Shown piece by piece: positions 24,574 to 32,000 of a stretch of 32,000 nucleotides of DNA. The first letter of the stretch is position 1, and each line of letters begins with the position of its first letter. The stretch spans positions 1,050,001 to 1,082,000 of the forward strand of contig FP565575.1 in the NCBI GenBank assembly GCA_000091165.1, written 5' to 3'. Both the position numbers and the translations under genes were made by a program. Below the pieces are notes generated by a model, which had not been told where the DNA came from, ran no database searches, and saw only the letters and a program-made list of their open reading frames with translations. This DNA is from Candidatus Methylomirabilis oxygeniifera. GTDB taxonomy: Bacteria; Methylomirabilota; Methylomirabilia; Methylomirabilales; Methylomirabilaceae.

Positions 24574-26160
24574 ATGCCCCTGTTTCGAGATGTCCCGATC
24601 CAGAAAAAGCTGAGGCGCATTACGATACTGACCACCAGCGTCGCACTCTTGCTGACCGGCGCGGCGCTCATCGTCTACGAATTCGTGGCATACCGCTCCG
24701 TCATGACGCGTGAGTTGATGAGTATAGCCGACATCATCGGGGCGAACAGCGTAGCCGCTCTCACATTCAACGATCCGATGGCCGCCGAAGGGACGTTGTC
24801 CGCATTACGGAAGGACTCTCGGATCGCGGTGGCGGCCCTCTACACGAAGGAGGGGAGAACCTTCGCCCTCTACCGACGCCAGGTTTCGGATGGGGAGGTG
24901 ATTCCGGCCGCACCCCGCGCAGATGGAAGTGCATTCGAGGGAGGGCGCCTGATCCTCTTTCATCCGATCATCCTCGACTACGAGAAGATCGGAACATTGT
25001 ACATTCAGGCGGACACGCAAGAGGCGTACGCTCGCCTGCAAGTCAGCGTCGTGATCGTATTTGGTGTACTGCTGGCCTCCTCACTGGTCGCGCTGTATCT
25101 CGCTTCAACACTCGAGGGTGTGATCTCCAAACCGATTGTGAACCTGGCGGAGACGGCAGCCATCGTGTCGGAGAAGCAAGACTATTCGGTCCGGGTCGCC
25201 GGATCCGGTCGGGATGAGCTGGGCCGACTGATCGCCGGGTTTAATGAGATGCTGGCGCAGATCCAGCGGCGAGATGTGGCCATTCAGGAAGCGCGTGATC
25301 GACTCGAGGGCGCGGTCGAAGAGCGTACACGACAACTGCTGGAGGCGAAACAGCAGGCCGAGGAGGCGTCCCGCCACAAGTCGTTATTCCTGTCCAACAT
25401 GTCCCACGAACTCCGAACGCCGTTGAACTCGATTATCGGCTTTGCCTCGCTGCTGCAGGACCCCATCGTCAGTTCCTTACCCGAGAAGGAACTGCAGCTC
25501 ATGAGGCACATCAGTACAAGTGGGGAGCACCTTCTAGCCCTGATTAATGATCTCCTCGACATCTCCAAGGTCGAGGCGGGTAAGCTGATCCTTCAACCCC
25601 AGGCGTTTCCGCTTGGAGAGGCCATCGAGGCGGCTGTCTACACGTTCCGTCCACAAGCTGCGCAGAAGCAGCAGGATCTCGGACTGTCGATGGATCACGA
25701 CATGCCGATCATCAAGGCTGATCCTATTCGTTTCAAGCAGATCCTCTACAACCTGCTCTCCAATGCCGTCAAGTTCACACCGGTGGGCGGGAGAATCAAG
25801 GTAGCTGCGCGGATTGCTCCAGGCGTCGGGCACCAGAAGGCAGGAAGCAACGACGTGGACCCTTTACACCCGATACCCTGCACCCAATACCCTGGCGAAT
25901 GCGTCGAGATTGCCGTATCCGATACCGGGATCGGGATCAGGTGCGAGGACCTCTCCAAACTCTTTCAACTTTTCACTCAGCTTGAGCCTACACTCACTAA
26001 GCAGTTCCAGGGCACGGGTCTGGGTCTCGCCCTCACAAAGCAGCTCGTCGAGTTGCATGGGGGAACGATCGGAGCCGCATCGGAAGGCCCGGGCCGAGGC
26101 AGCACCTTTACCGTTCGGCTTCCGCTGCCCTCACCGGAGCGTCCGAAGACAGGAGGGTAA
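24574..26160 (+). CDS. Membrane sensor histidine kinase (CHASE8-like sensor, HAMP, HisKA, HATPase_c)
   Basis: FRDVPIQKKLRRITILTTSVALLL; KSLFLSNMSHELRTPLNSIIGFASLL; VSDTGIGI; GTGLGLALTKQLVELHGG; start reset to ATG 24574. Confidence 0.9.
   Translation: MPLFRDVPIQKKLRRITILTTSVALLLTGAALIVYEFVAYRSVMTRELMSIADIIGANSVAALTFNDPMAAEGTLSALRKDSRIAVAALYTKEGRTFALYRRQVSDGEVIPAAPRADGSAFEGGRLILFHPIILDYEKIGTLYIQADTQEAYARLQVSVVIVFGVLLASSLVALYLASTLEGVISKPIVNLAETAAIVSEKQDYSVRVAGSGRDELGRLIAGFNEMLAQIQRRDVAIQEARDRLEGAVEERTRQLLEAKQQAEEASRHKSLFLSNMSHELRTPLNSIIGFASLLQDPIVSSLPEKELQLMRHISTSGEHLLALINDLLDISKVEAGKLILQPQAFPLGEAIEAAVYTFRPQAAQKQQDLGLSMDHDMPIIKADPIRFKQILYNLLSNAVKFTPVGGRIKVAARIAPGVGHQKAGSNDVDPLHPIPCTQYPGECVEIAVSDTGIGIRCEDLSKLFQLFTQLEPTLTKQFQGTGLGLALTKQLVELHGGTIGAASEGPGRGSTFTVRLPLPSPERPKTGG
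25865..25892. repeat. Degenerate heptanucleotide repeat (4 units) inside kinase ATPase-domain coding sequence
   Basis: TACACCC GATACCC TGCACCC AATACCC. Confidence 0.75.
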
Positions 26161-26161
26161 T

Positions 26162-26542
26162 ATGGCACAAGGCAAGATTCTCGTCGTGGAGGATAATCCA
26201 CTCAATCGGGAGATGATCATCACGGTTCTGGAAGCGTACGGTTACACCGTCCTCGAGGCGGAGGACGGCCTTGGGCTCATGGAGCGGGTGAAGGCCGAGC
26301 GGCCGGGTCTGATCATCATGGACTTGCAACTTCCCAAAATCGACGGCTTTGCCCTTACCAGGAATCTGAAGGCCGATGCCTCGACGCGGGATATCCCCGT
26401 CGTCGCCGCCAGCGCCTTTGCCAAGAGTGAAGATCAAGCGCTGGCGCTGGATGCCGGCTGCGCCTTCTTCCTGACCAAGCCCCTCGATTTGACGGTCCTG
26501 CTTCAGACCGTCGCGAGATTTTTACCACAAGGCGCGACGTAA
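26162..26542 (+). CDS. Stand-alone response regulator receiver protein
   Basis: MAQGKILVVEDNPLNREMIITVLEAYGYTVLEAEDG...LIIMDLQLPKIDGFAL...FFLTKPLD. Confidence 0.92.
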   Translation: MAQGKILVVEDNPLNREMIITVLEAYGYTVLEAEDGLGLMERVKAERPGLIIMDLQLPKIDGFALTRNLKADASTRDIPVVAASAFAKSEDQALALDAGCAFFLTKPLDLTVLLQTVARFLPQGAT

Positions 26543-26751
26543 CCAGTCTAACGCCTCACAAGTTCGGTTCCGAATGTGACGCCTGCTTCAGTAAACCCAT
26601 CAACCCCTCGATGTTGATTGACGTCGTCGTCCGCTTGATTTCTTGACGCTACCTACCTTATAATCAATCGCTTTTTTCGTTTAAGCCCATTGTGCAGTTC
26701 TGATCGCCGACACGTTCTTTCTGGCGATAATTATGCGAAGGGGGAAGACTG

Positions 26752-26916
26752 ATGCCCAGCTATGATTTGAAGTGTGTAAACTGCGGCAAGAAATTTTCAC
26801 TGACCATGACTATTAAGGAGCGGGGGACCAAGCGGCTGAAATGCCCGAAATGCGGAGCCGGCAAACCGGAGCCCATCTTCTCGACCTTTTTCGCCAAAAC
26901 CTCGCGTAAGAGCTGA
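26752..26916 (+). CDS. Small FmdB/Zn-ribbon-like protein, 54 aa (below ORF-track cutoff)
   Basis: Manual translation MPSYDLKCVNCGKKFSLTMTIKERGTKRLKCPKCGAGKPEPIFSTFFAKTSRKS*; CxxC...CxxC. Confidence 0.75.
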   Translation: MPSYDLKCVNCGKKFSLTMTIKERGTKRLKCPKCGAGKPEPIFSTFFAKTSRKS

Positions 26917-26965
26917 GGTGACGCATGATCCTGGTGACGGGCGCCGGCGGGTGAGGAGTGGAGGA

Positions 26966-27571
26966 GTGACGAGCAACCGACAGAATCTGAAGCAATGCGC
27001 CAGGGGATTGACCGCACTGGCGCTCGGATGTATCCTGCTCGCCTCCCCGACGAGCGTCCTCAGCGCAGGCCGAGAAACCCTCCACCTGGATAGTGAGTTG
27101 GAGTCTCTTGGATTTATCAAGCTCCAGAACGATCCCAAGGCGCCCGACTTTACGCTCCAGGACGTGTCGGGAAAGTCGGTTCGGCTGGCTGACCATCGCG
27201 GTAAAATTGTCTTCCTGACCTTCTGGACAACCTGGTGAGGCTACTGCCTGAGGGAGTTTCCCTCAATCGAGCGTCTCTATCAACAGTTTAAGAAGAAAGA
27301 TTTCATCGTGCTGGCGGTCAATATCGGCGAGTCGGCCGATCGGATCCAACAATATATGCTGAAGCATAAGCTCACCTTTCCCTCGCTGGTGGACCCCTCG
27401 TCAAGCGTCGCCAACCTGTACGGGGTTCGCGCGACGCCTACCCGGTATCTGATTAATCGCGACGGGACGGCTATGGCAGGGAGCATCGGGCCAAGGGACT
27501 GGGCGGGTGAAGATGCGCAGAGGCTGATCGAAATTCTTTTGGAGACCGGCAAAGCGCTCCGTAAGGGATAA
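26966..27571 (+). CDS. TlpA/ResA-like thioredoxin with in-frame TGA (27236-27238) at the first Cys of CxxC; candidate selenoprotein
   Basis: Signal peptide; APDFTLQDVSGKSVRLADHRGKIVFLTFWTTW[TGA]GYCLREFPSIERLYQQFKKKDFIVLAVNIG...GVRATPTRYLINRDGT...; both track ORFs 26918..27238 and 27308..27571 are in the same frame. Confidence 0.8.
27249..27265 (+). promoter_or_regulatory. Putative bacterial SECIS-like hairpin
   Basis: TGAGGGA-GTT-TCCCTCA, perfect 7-bp stem; loop G lies 18 nt after the TGA. Confidence 0.5.
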
Positions 27572-27653
27572 GCACCGGAAGTGACGGCTGCCGGCCATAC
27601 CCTGGAAGGCACGGATTATCGTTCATCTACATAAGAACCTGAAGCGACTGAAT

Positions 27654-28979
27654 ATGAAGCGGCTGTTCCTGTGTGTCGCTATAATAAGCGTATGTTTTGG
27701 GCTTTCCGCCGGCGTATCGGCGATGGGCGACCAACCGCCGGTTGCCGATGACCGCATCCAACGCGAGTTTCTCACGAACCATTGGCAGACGCCTATCCCG
27801 CCTCAAGGGAAGCCTCCGGCACATTTTTCGTCGATCGAGGGATCGCTTGACCCGGAAAGTTGCGGCGTCTGTCATCGGGCTCCGTATGAGGACTGGGGCA
27901 ACAGCCTTCATAGTAAGAGCATGGGACCGGGCGTTGTGGGCCAGACGATGGAGCTGATCCACGACAATCCCAAGATGGCGCTCCTGTGCTACAGTTGTCA
28001 TGCGCCTCTTACCGAGCAGCAGGAGAAGGTCGTGAAACAAAAAGGCGGCACCCCCTCTCGAGTGAAGAAGCGGCACCGCCCGTCGGCCTTGCCGTTGAAC
28101 GCTTCAGAAGATGGGGAGAGTGATGAGTTGACATTCAAAACCAATCACGCCTTTTCCGCCTCGCTGCAACAAAAGGGCTTGAGTTGCACCGGATGCCACG
28201 TGCGGAGGCACCAGCGTTTCGGGCCGCCAAAGCGGGACGGCTCGATCGAGAATTCCGCTTCCGCAGCGCAGGTCCCGCACGGCGACGCCATCAGAACGAC
28301 GGCCTTTGAACGAGCCGAATTCTGTAAAGGCTGCCACCAGTTCGAGCCGAACGGGTATGCCTTGAACGGCAAGCTGCTCGAAAATACCTATAACGAATGG
28401 AGAGAGGGGCCGTATGCGCGGGAAGGGAAAAGCTGCCAGAGCTGCCATATGCCGGAGCGTCGGCACCTGTGGCGAGGGATCCATGATCCAGAGATGGTGA
28501 AGCAAGGCGTATCCGTGCGCCTTGCACTGGACAAGGAGCGCTATCAGGTCGGCGAGCAACTTCGCGCTGGGATCACGCTGGTCAATACCGGGGTTGGTCA
28601 TGATTTCCCGACCTACGTGACGCCGAAGATCATCGTCCGATTTGAGTTGACAGACGCGGACGGCAAGCAGATAGGTAAGAGTGCGCAAGAGGAACGGATC
28701 GGACGGGAGGTTACACTTGATCTGACGCAAGAGATCTTTGACACCAGGATTGCGCCGGGTAAAAGCCGTACTGTCCGCTATGTCAGAGCGATCGATCGAA
28801 CAGGACTCACGTTGCGCGCGTCCGTTATCGTTGTACCTGATGATTTCTACATCCAGTTTTTCGAAGCGACCGCGCCGAAGGCTAAAGGGAAGGAGGCCCG
28901 GGCGCTGCTTGAGCAGGCTGCCCGTGAGGGACGGGCGCGATCCTTTCTACTGTTTACGGAGAACGTGGTAGTGTCGTAA
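27654..28979 (+). CDS. Periplasmic multiheme (5 x CxxCH) cytochrome c, cytochrome c554-like
   Basis: Signal peptide; CGVCH, CYSCH, CTGCH, CKGCH, CQSCH; C-terminal beta-sandwich-like region. Confidence 0.87.
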   Translation: MKRLFLCVAIISVCFGLSAGVSAMGDQPPVADDRIQREFLTNHWQTPIPPQGKPPAHFSSIEGSLDPESCGVCHRAPYEDWGNSLHSKSMGPGVVGQTMELIHDNPKMALLCYSCHAPLTEQQEKVVKQKGGTPSRVKKRHRPSALPLNASEDGESDELTFKTNHAFSASLQQKGLSCTGCHVRRHQRFGPPKRDGSIENSASAAQVPHGDAIRTTAFERAEFCKGCHQFEPNGYALNGKLLENTYNEWREGPYAREGKSCQSCHMPERRHLWRGIHDPEMVKQGVSVRLALDKERYQVGEQLRAGITLVNTGVGHDFPTYVTPKIIVRFELTDADGKQIGKSAQEERIGREVTLDLTQEIFDTRIAPGKSRTVRYVRAIDRTGLTLRASVIVVPDDFYIQFFEATAPKAKGKEARALLEQAAREGRARSFLLFTENVVVS

Positions 28980-28986
28980 AGCAGCG

Positions 28987-29021
28987 GATAGCTCATAGCT
29001 AAGCGCTGATAGCTGATTAGT
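28987..29021. repeat. Degenerate heptanucleotide repeat upstream of hpnR-like gene
   Basis: GATAGCT CATAGCT AAGCGCT GATAGCT GATTAGT. Confidence 0.6.
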
Positions 29022-29029
29022 GGAGGAGC

Positions 29030-30544
29030 GTGGTGAAAGTTCTGTTGGTGCACCCAAGTTCCTTGATGTACGCTGAGATCTTCCTTCGGCTGGAGCCGCT
29101 GGGATTGGAGCGGGTGGCTCAGGCCGCCAGAATGGCCGGCCACGAGGTCAGGCTCTTCGACCTGCAGGTCTTTCGCCGTGAAGACTACCTGCAGGAACTC
29201 CAAGATTTCCGCCCTCAGACCGTCGGGTTGTCCCTGAATTTTTTAGCCAATCTTCCGGAGGTAGTAGAACTCGCCAAGGAGACCAAGCGCCTCCTGCCCG
29301 CGTGCTTTGTGTTCGTTGGGGGCCATAGCGCCTCCTTTATCCCGCAGGAGTTGCTCGATCATGCCGAAGGTGCGATCGACTGCATCGTCCGTGGGGAAGG
29401 AGAGCCGATTACGCCGCCGTTGCTCGAAGCCATCCAGGATGGAGGGCTCGAAACGCTCCCAGGGGTCGTAACCGCTCGCGGTGTCGGGCCTCCGCCGCTG
29501 ATGCTCCACGACCTGGATCGCACACTGCCGGCCAGGGACCTTGCCCGCCGCCGACATAAATACTTCATTGGTGTCCTGGATCCCTGCGCGTCGATTGAGT
29601 TTACGCGCGGCTGCCCTTGGGACTGTTCGTTTTGCAGCGCATGGACCTTCTACGGTCGAAGCTACCGCAAGGTCTCTCCCGAGGTCGTGGGGGAGGACCT
29701 GGCCAGGATTCAAGAACCTAACGCCTTCATCGTGGACGATGTAGCCTTCATCCATCCGGAGGACGGGATGGCGATCGGCCGGGAGATCGAGCGTCGAGGG
29801 ATTCGCAAGCAGTACTACCTGGAGACCCGATGTGATGTGTTGCTCCGCAATCAAGAGGTCTTCGCCTACTGGAAACGACTCGGGCTTCGGTATATGTTTC
29901 TCGGCCTGGAGGCCCTCGACGCGGAAGGCCTGAAGGCGATTCGGAAGCGGGCCACGCCCAGCGAGAATTTTCAGGCCCTGGAGGTGGCGCGGAAGCTGGG
30001 ATTCACGGTGGCCCTCAACATCATCGCCGATTCCGGCTGGGACGAGGAGCGGTTCCGGGTCATTCGCGAGTGGGCCGCCGGTGTCCCCGAGATCGTCCAC
30101 GTGACCGTAAACACCCCGTACCCCGGGACGGAGACCTGGTACACGGAGTCGAGGAAGCTGACCTCGCTCGACTACCGATTGTTCGACGTCCAGCATGCCG
30201 TCCTGCCGACGACGCTGCCGTTGAAGCGGTTTTATGAAGAGCTGGTTAAGACCCAGGCGGTGTTGAATCGAAAGCACCTGGGCTGGGCCGCGGTCAGAGG
30301 GACCTTCTCCACCGCGTCCAGGTTACTCATGCAGGGTCAGACGAACTTCGTTCGGATGCTCTGGAAGTTCTCGCAGGTGTACAATCCGGACCGGCAGTAC
30401 GGCGATCACTTGAAAGAGGTGAAATATGTCTTGACGCCGCCGCCGGACAAACAGCCGATCAAGCCGACGCCGGCCAAGCTGTTCGTTCATGCGCAAGCGT
30501 CGGTTGGACCGCGAGCGGCGCACGCCGAGGGGTCTGCCGGGTGA
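29030..30544 (+). CDS. hpnR: B12-binding radical SAM protein, hopanoid C-3 methylase HpnR-like
   Basis: VLLVHPSSLMYAEIFLRLEPLGLERVAQAARMAGHEVRLFDLQV; FVGGHSASFIPQELLDHAEGAIDCIVRGEGE; TRGCPWDCSFCSAWTFYGRSYR (CxxxCxxC). Confidence 0.82.
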   Translation: MVKVLLVHPSSLMYAEIFLRLEPLGLERVAQAARMAGHEVRLFDLQVFRREDYLQELQDFRPQTVGLSLNFLANLPEVVELAKETKRLLPACFVFVGGHSASFIPQELLDHAEGAIDCIVRGEGEPITPPLLEAIQDGGLETLPGVVTARGVGPPPLMLHDLDRTLPARDLARRRHKYFIGVLDPCASIEFTRGCPWDCSFCSAWTFYGRSYRKVSPEVVGEDLARIQEPNAFIVDDVAFIHPEDGMAIGREIERRGIRKQYYLETRCDVLLRNQEVFAYWKRLGLRYMFLGLEALDAEGLKAIRKRATPSENFQALEVARKLGFTVALNIIADSGWDEERFRVIREWAAGVPEIVHVTVNTPYPGTETWYTESRKLTSLDYRLFDVQHAVLPTTLPLKRFYEELVKTQAVLNRKHLGWAAVRGTFSTASRLLMQGQTNFVRMLWKFSQVYNPDRQYGDHLKEVKYVLTPPPDKQPIKPTPAKLFVHAQASVGPRAAHAEGSAG

Positions 30545-30592
30545 TAAGGCCTTGTCGCGTGAAGAGGCGACACTGATAAGGAGGAACGGTAC

Positions 30593-31804
30593 GTGAAAAG
30601 GCAATTCATCGCGTTTGCGGTCGTGACGCTGCTGGCCGCAGGGCTGGCGTTGGCTTCCGAATGGTACATGAGCCACGATCACTGGTACGCCAAGGAACCG
30701 GAAAAGGACTTCGCCCTGGCGAGGCTCATCGCCGACATTCGGGCGGCCACATCGCGGTACCAGGATCTGGAGCAGGCCAAGGCGGATGGGTATACGCAGA
30801 TATCGGGGAATGTGCCGTTAGAGGGCTACCATTTTCGCAAGGCGGCTATCACGCAATTTGACTATTTTCATCCTTCCACGCTCCTCTATACCGAAAGGGA
30901 GGGGCGCTGGCAACTGGTTGCGCTGAAATATACAGCCCCAGGTGCCCGTCCCGCCGAGAGCCCGTTTCAGGGAATCGAGTGGGAACGGAGTCTGGCGATC
31001 TGCCGCTATGCGGACGGGCAGGAGTCTCGATCGCCCTCCGCTGAAAGCTGCCCTCAGGTTCATCCTGACAGTAAAAGCGCATTTACTGCCTGGTATCCGG
31101 ATACGTGGGTGATCCGTCTCTGGATCTGGTATCCGAATCCGTACGGATTATTCGCAAGCATGAACCCTCTTCTGGCGCCGTTCGATGATCACACCATCCC
31201 GCCGGACGAAGCCGGAAGCTGGGAGACATGGCAAGCGCATACGGAGTTCTCGAACTTTAACCATCACTTCTCAGGATGGCTGGTACTCGTCATGGGGATG
31301 GCGATGACAGGCTCGGCCCTGTGGGGAGGTCAGAAGTCCAAGTATGCGCATCTCTGGCCGCTGATGACGCTGGGCGTCGCGTTATTCATCCTGTATCGGA
31401 GCGATCCGGAGTATTGGCCGTTTGGCCCGCGGACGCTGACCGAACTCCTGGGTGACCGGGAGGCTATCGAGCATAAGCTGTCGGGTGTCATCGTCCTTGC
31501 TATGGGATCCGTAGAATGGCTGCGGGCGCGCGGAATATTCAGCCATTGGCTGTGGGGCATGATCTTTCCATGGCTGGCCATCATGGGGGGAGTGACCCTG
31601 TTGTTCCATCTCCATCCCATCAGTAACTTCAACTACGTCGGGCGAGCCAATTCGCCCCACACAACCGAGGGGATCACCGCGATCCTGGCCGGCATGACGT
31701 ACCTCCTCGGATCGTTGGGGATCATGAAACAACGTTGGTGGGGGTTGGTTCCGGCGCTCTTTGTCATCCTGATGGGCGTGCAGCTTATCGTCTACGTCGA
31801 GTAG
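30593..31804 (+). CDS. Uncharacterised exported/membrane protein, soluble N-terminal domain and several His-rich TM helices
   Basis: 403 aa; signal-peptide-like N-terminus after AAGGAGG; FSNFNHHFSGWLVLVMGMA, REAIEHKLSGVIVLA, LFHLHPISNFNYVGRANSPHTTEG; family not recognised. Confidence 0.75.
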   Translation: MKRQFIAFAVVTLLAAGLALASEWYMSHDHWYAKEPEKDFALARLIADIRAATSRYQDLEQAKADGYTQISGNVPLEGYHFRKAAITQFDYFHPSTLLYTEREGRWQLVALKYTAPGARPAESPFQGIEWERSLAICRYADGQESRSPSAESCPQVHPDSKSAFTAWYPDTWVIRLWIWYPNPYGLFASMNPLLAPFDDHTIPPDEAGSWETWQAHTEFSNFNHHFSGWLVLVMGMAMTGSALWGGQKSKYAHLWPLMTLGVALFILYRSDPEYWPFGPRTLTELLGDREAIEHKLSGVIVLAMGSVEWLRARGIFSHWLWGMIFPWLAIMGGVTLLFHLHPISNFNYVGRANSPHTTEGITAILAGMTYLLGSLGIMKQRWWGLVPALFVILMGVQLIVYVE

Positions 31805-31820
31805 AAGCGAGACGTGGGTT

Positions 31821-32000
31821 CTATTTCTTCTTCCACGTTCCGTTGGATTCGGTGCGTCGCTTCAGGCTTAATAGCGCGTCGGACAAATCCTGCTTGATCA
31901 GCGCATCTTCCAGAAATCTAGGAAGAAACATGCCGCTGTCCACGGTAGTGCTGTAGCGAAGCATGGTCCTGCCCTGACTGTACGGGAGGAACTCCCAGGT
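31821..32000 (-). CDS. SRPBCC/START-like domain protein, C-terminal part only (gene start beyond window edge)
   Basis: Manual translation ...TWEFLPYSQGRTMLRYSTTVDSGMFLPRFLEDALIKQDLSDALLSLKRRTESNGTWKKK*; resembles C-termini of polyketide cyclase/dehydrase-like proteins. Confidence 0.55.
   Translation of the reverse strand, partial: TWEFLPYSQGRTMLRYSTTVDSGMFLPRFLEDALIKQDLSDALLSLKRRTESNGTWKKK

Noticed and set aside
24030-25041. Minus-strand ORFs opposite yfiR and the histidine kinase
   Set aside because: Opposite strand is coding with clear families and coupled gene starts.
27308-27571. Separate 87-aa gene starting MLAVNIGESADRIQ
   Set aside because: The apparent start is an internal codon of the TlpA-like fold; it is in frame with 26918..27238, so it is treated as one gene across the TGA.
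31812-31838. ACGTGG...CCACGT hairpin between convergent genes
   Set aside because: Only 6 bp with a long loop and overlapping a stop codon; too weak to call a terminator.
1-32000. CRISPR arrays, tRNA/rRNA genes
   Set aside because: No regularly spaced identical repeats with unique spacers and no recognisable tRNA or rRNA cores were seen; short tandem repeats present have 7- or 9-bp periods without spacers.

Overview
GC-rich bacterial chromosomal window; the gene content (hpnR-like hopanoid methylase, UPF0182 protein, multiheme cytochrome c) would fit an NC10/Methylomirabilis-like genome, but that placement is inference. The first ~6 kb is accessory. It holds three toxin-antitoxin-like modules: RHH/PIN, DUF4258/YgiT-type Zn finger and VapBC-like. 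It also holds an IPTL-CTERM surface protein, an orphan protein with strong Shine-Dalgarno support, a composite ORF ending in a transposase-like tail, and a 108-bp duplicated 3' end of the UPF0182 gene. The rest is mostly housekeeping: UPF0182, AONS/KBL-type acyltransferase plus a deleted pseudogene copy, CPA2 antiporter with RCK domain, alpha-glucan phosphorylase, TetR + RND pump operon, QueF, a TonB receptor/YfiR/histidine kinase/response regulator operon, FmdB-like Zn ribbon, TlpA-like thioredoxin, pentaheme cytochrome c, HpnR, and an orphan His-rich membrane protein. Most notable signals: (1) the TlpA-like gene has an in-frame TGA exactly at the first Cys of the CxxC motif, followed by a perfect 7-bp hairpin in bacterial-SECIS position, making it a candidate selenoprotein split in two by the ORF track; (2) the DUF4258 toxin gene is interrupted by an in-frame TAG, yet the downstream frame is intact and ends in an ATGA overlap with its antitoxin; (3) heptanucleotide tandem repeats at three sites, one inside the kinase ATPase domain, plus a 9-bp x5 repeat after the RND gene. 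No CRISPR array, rRNA or tRNA was recognised.
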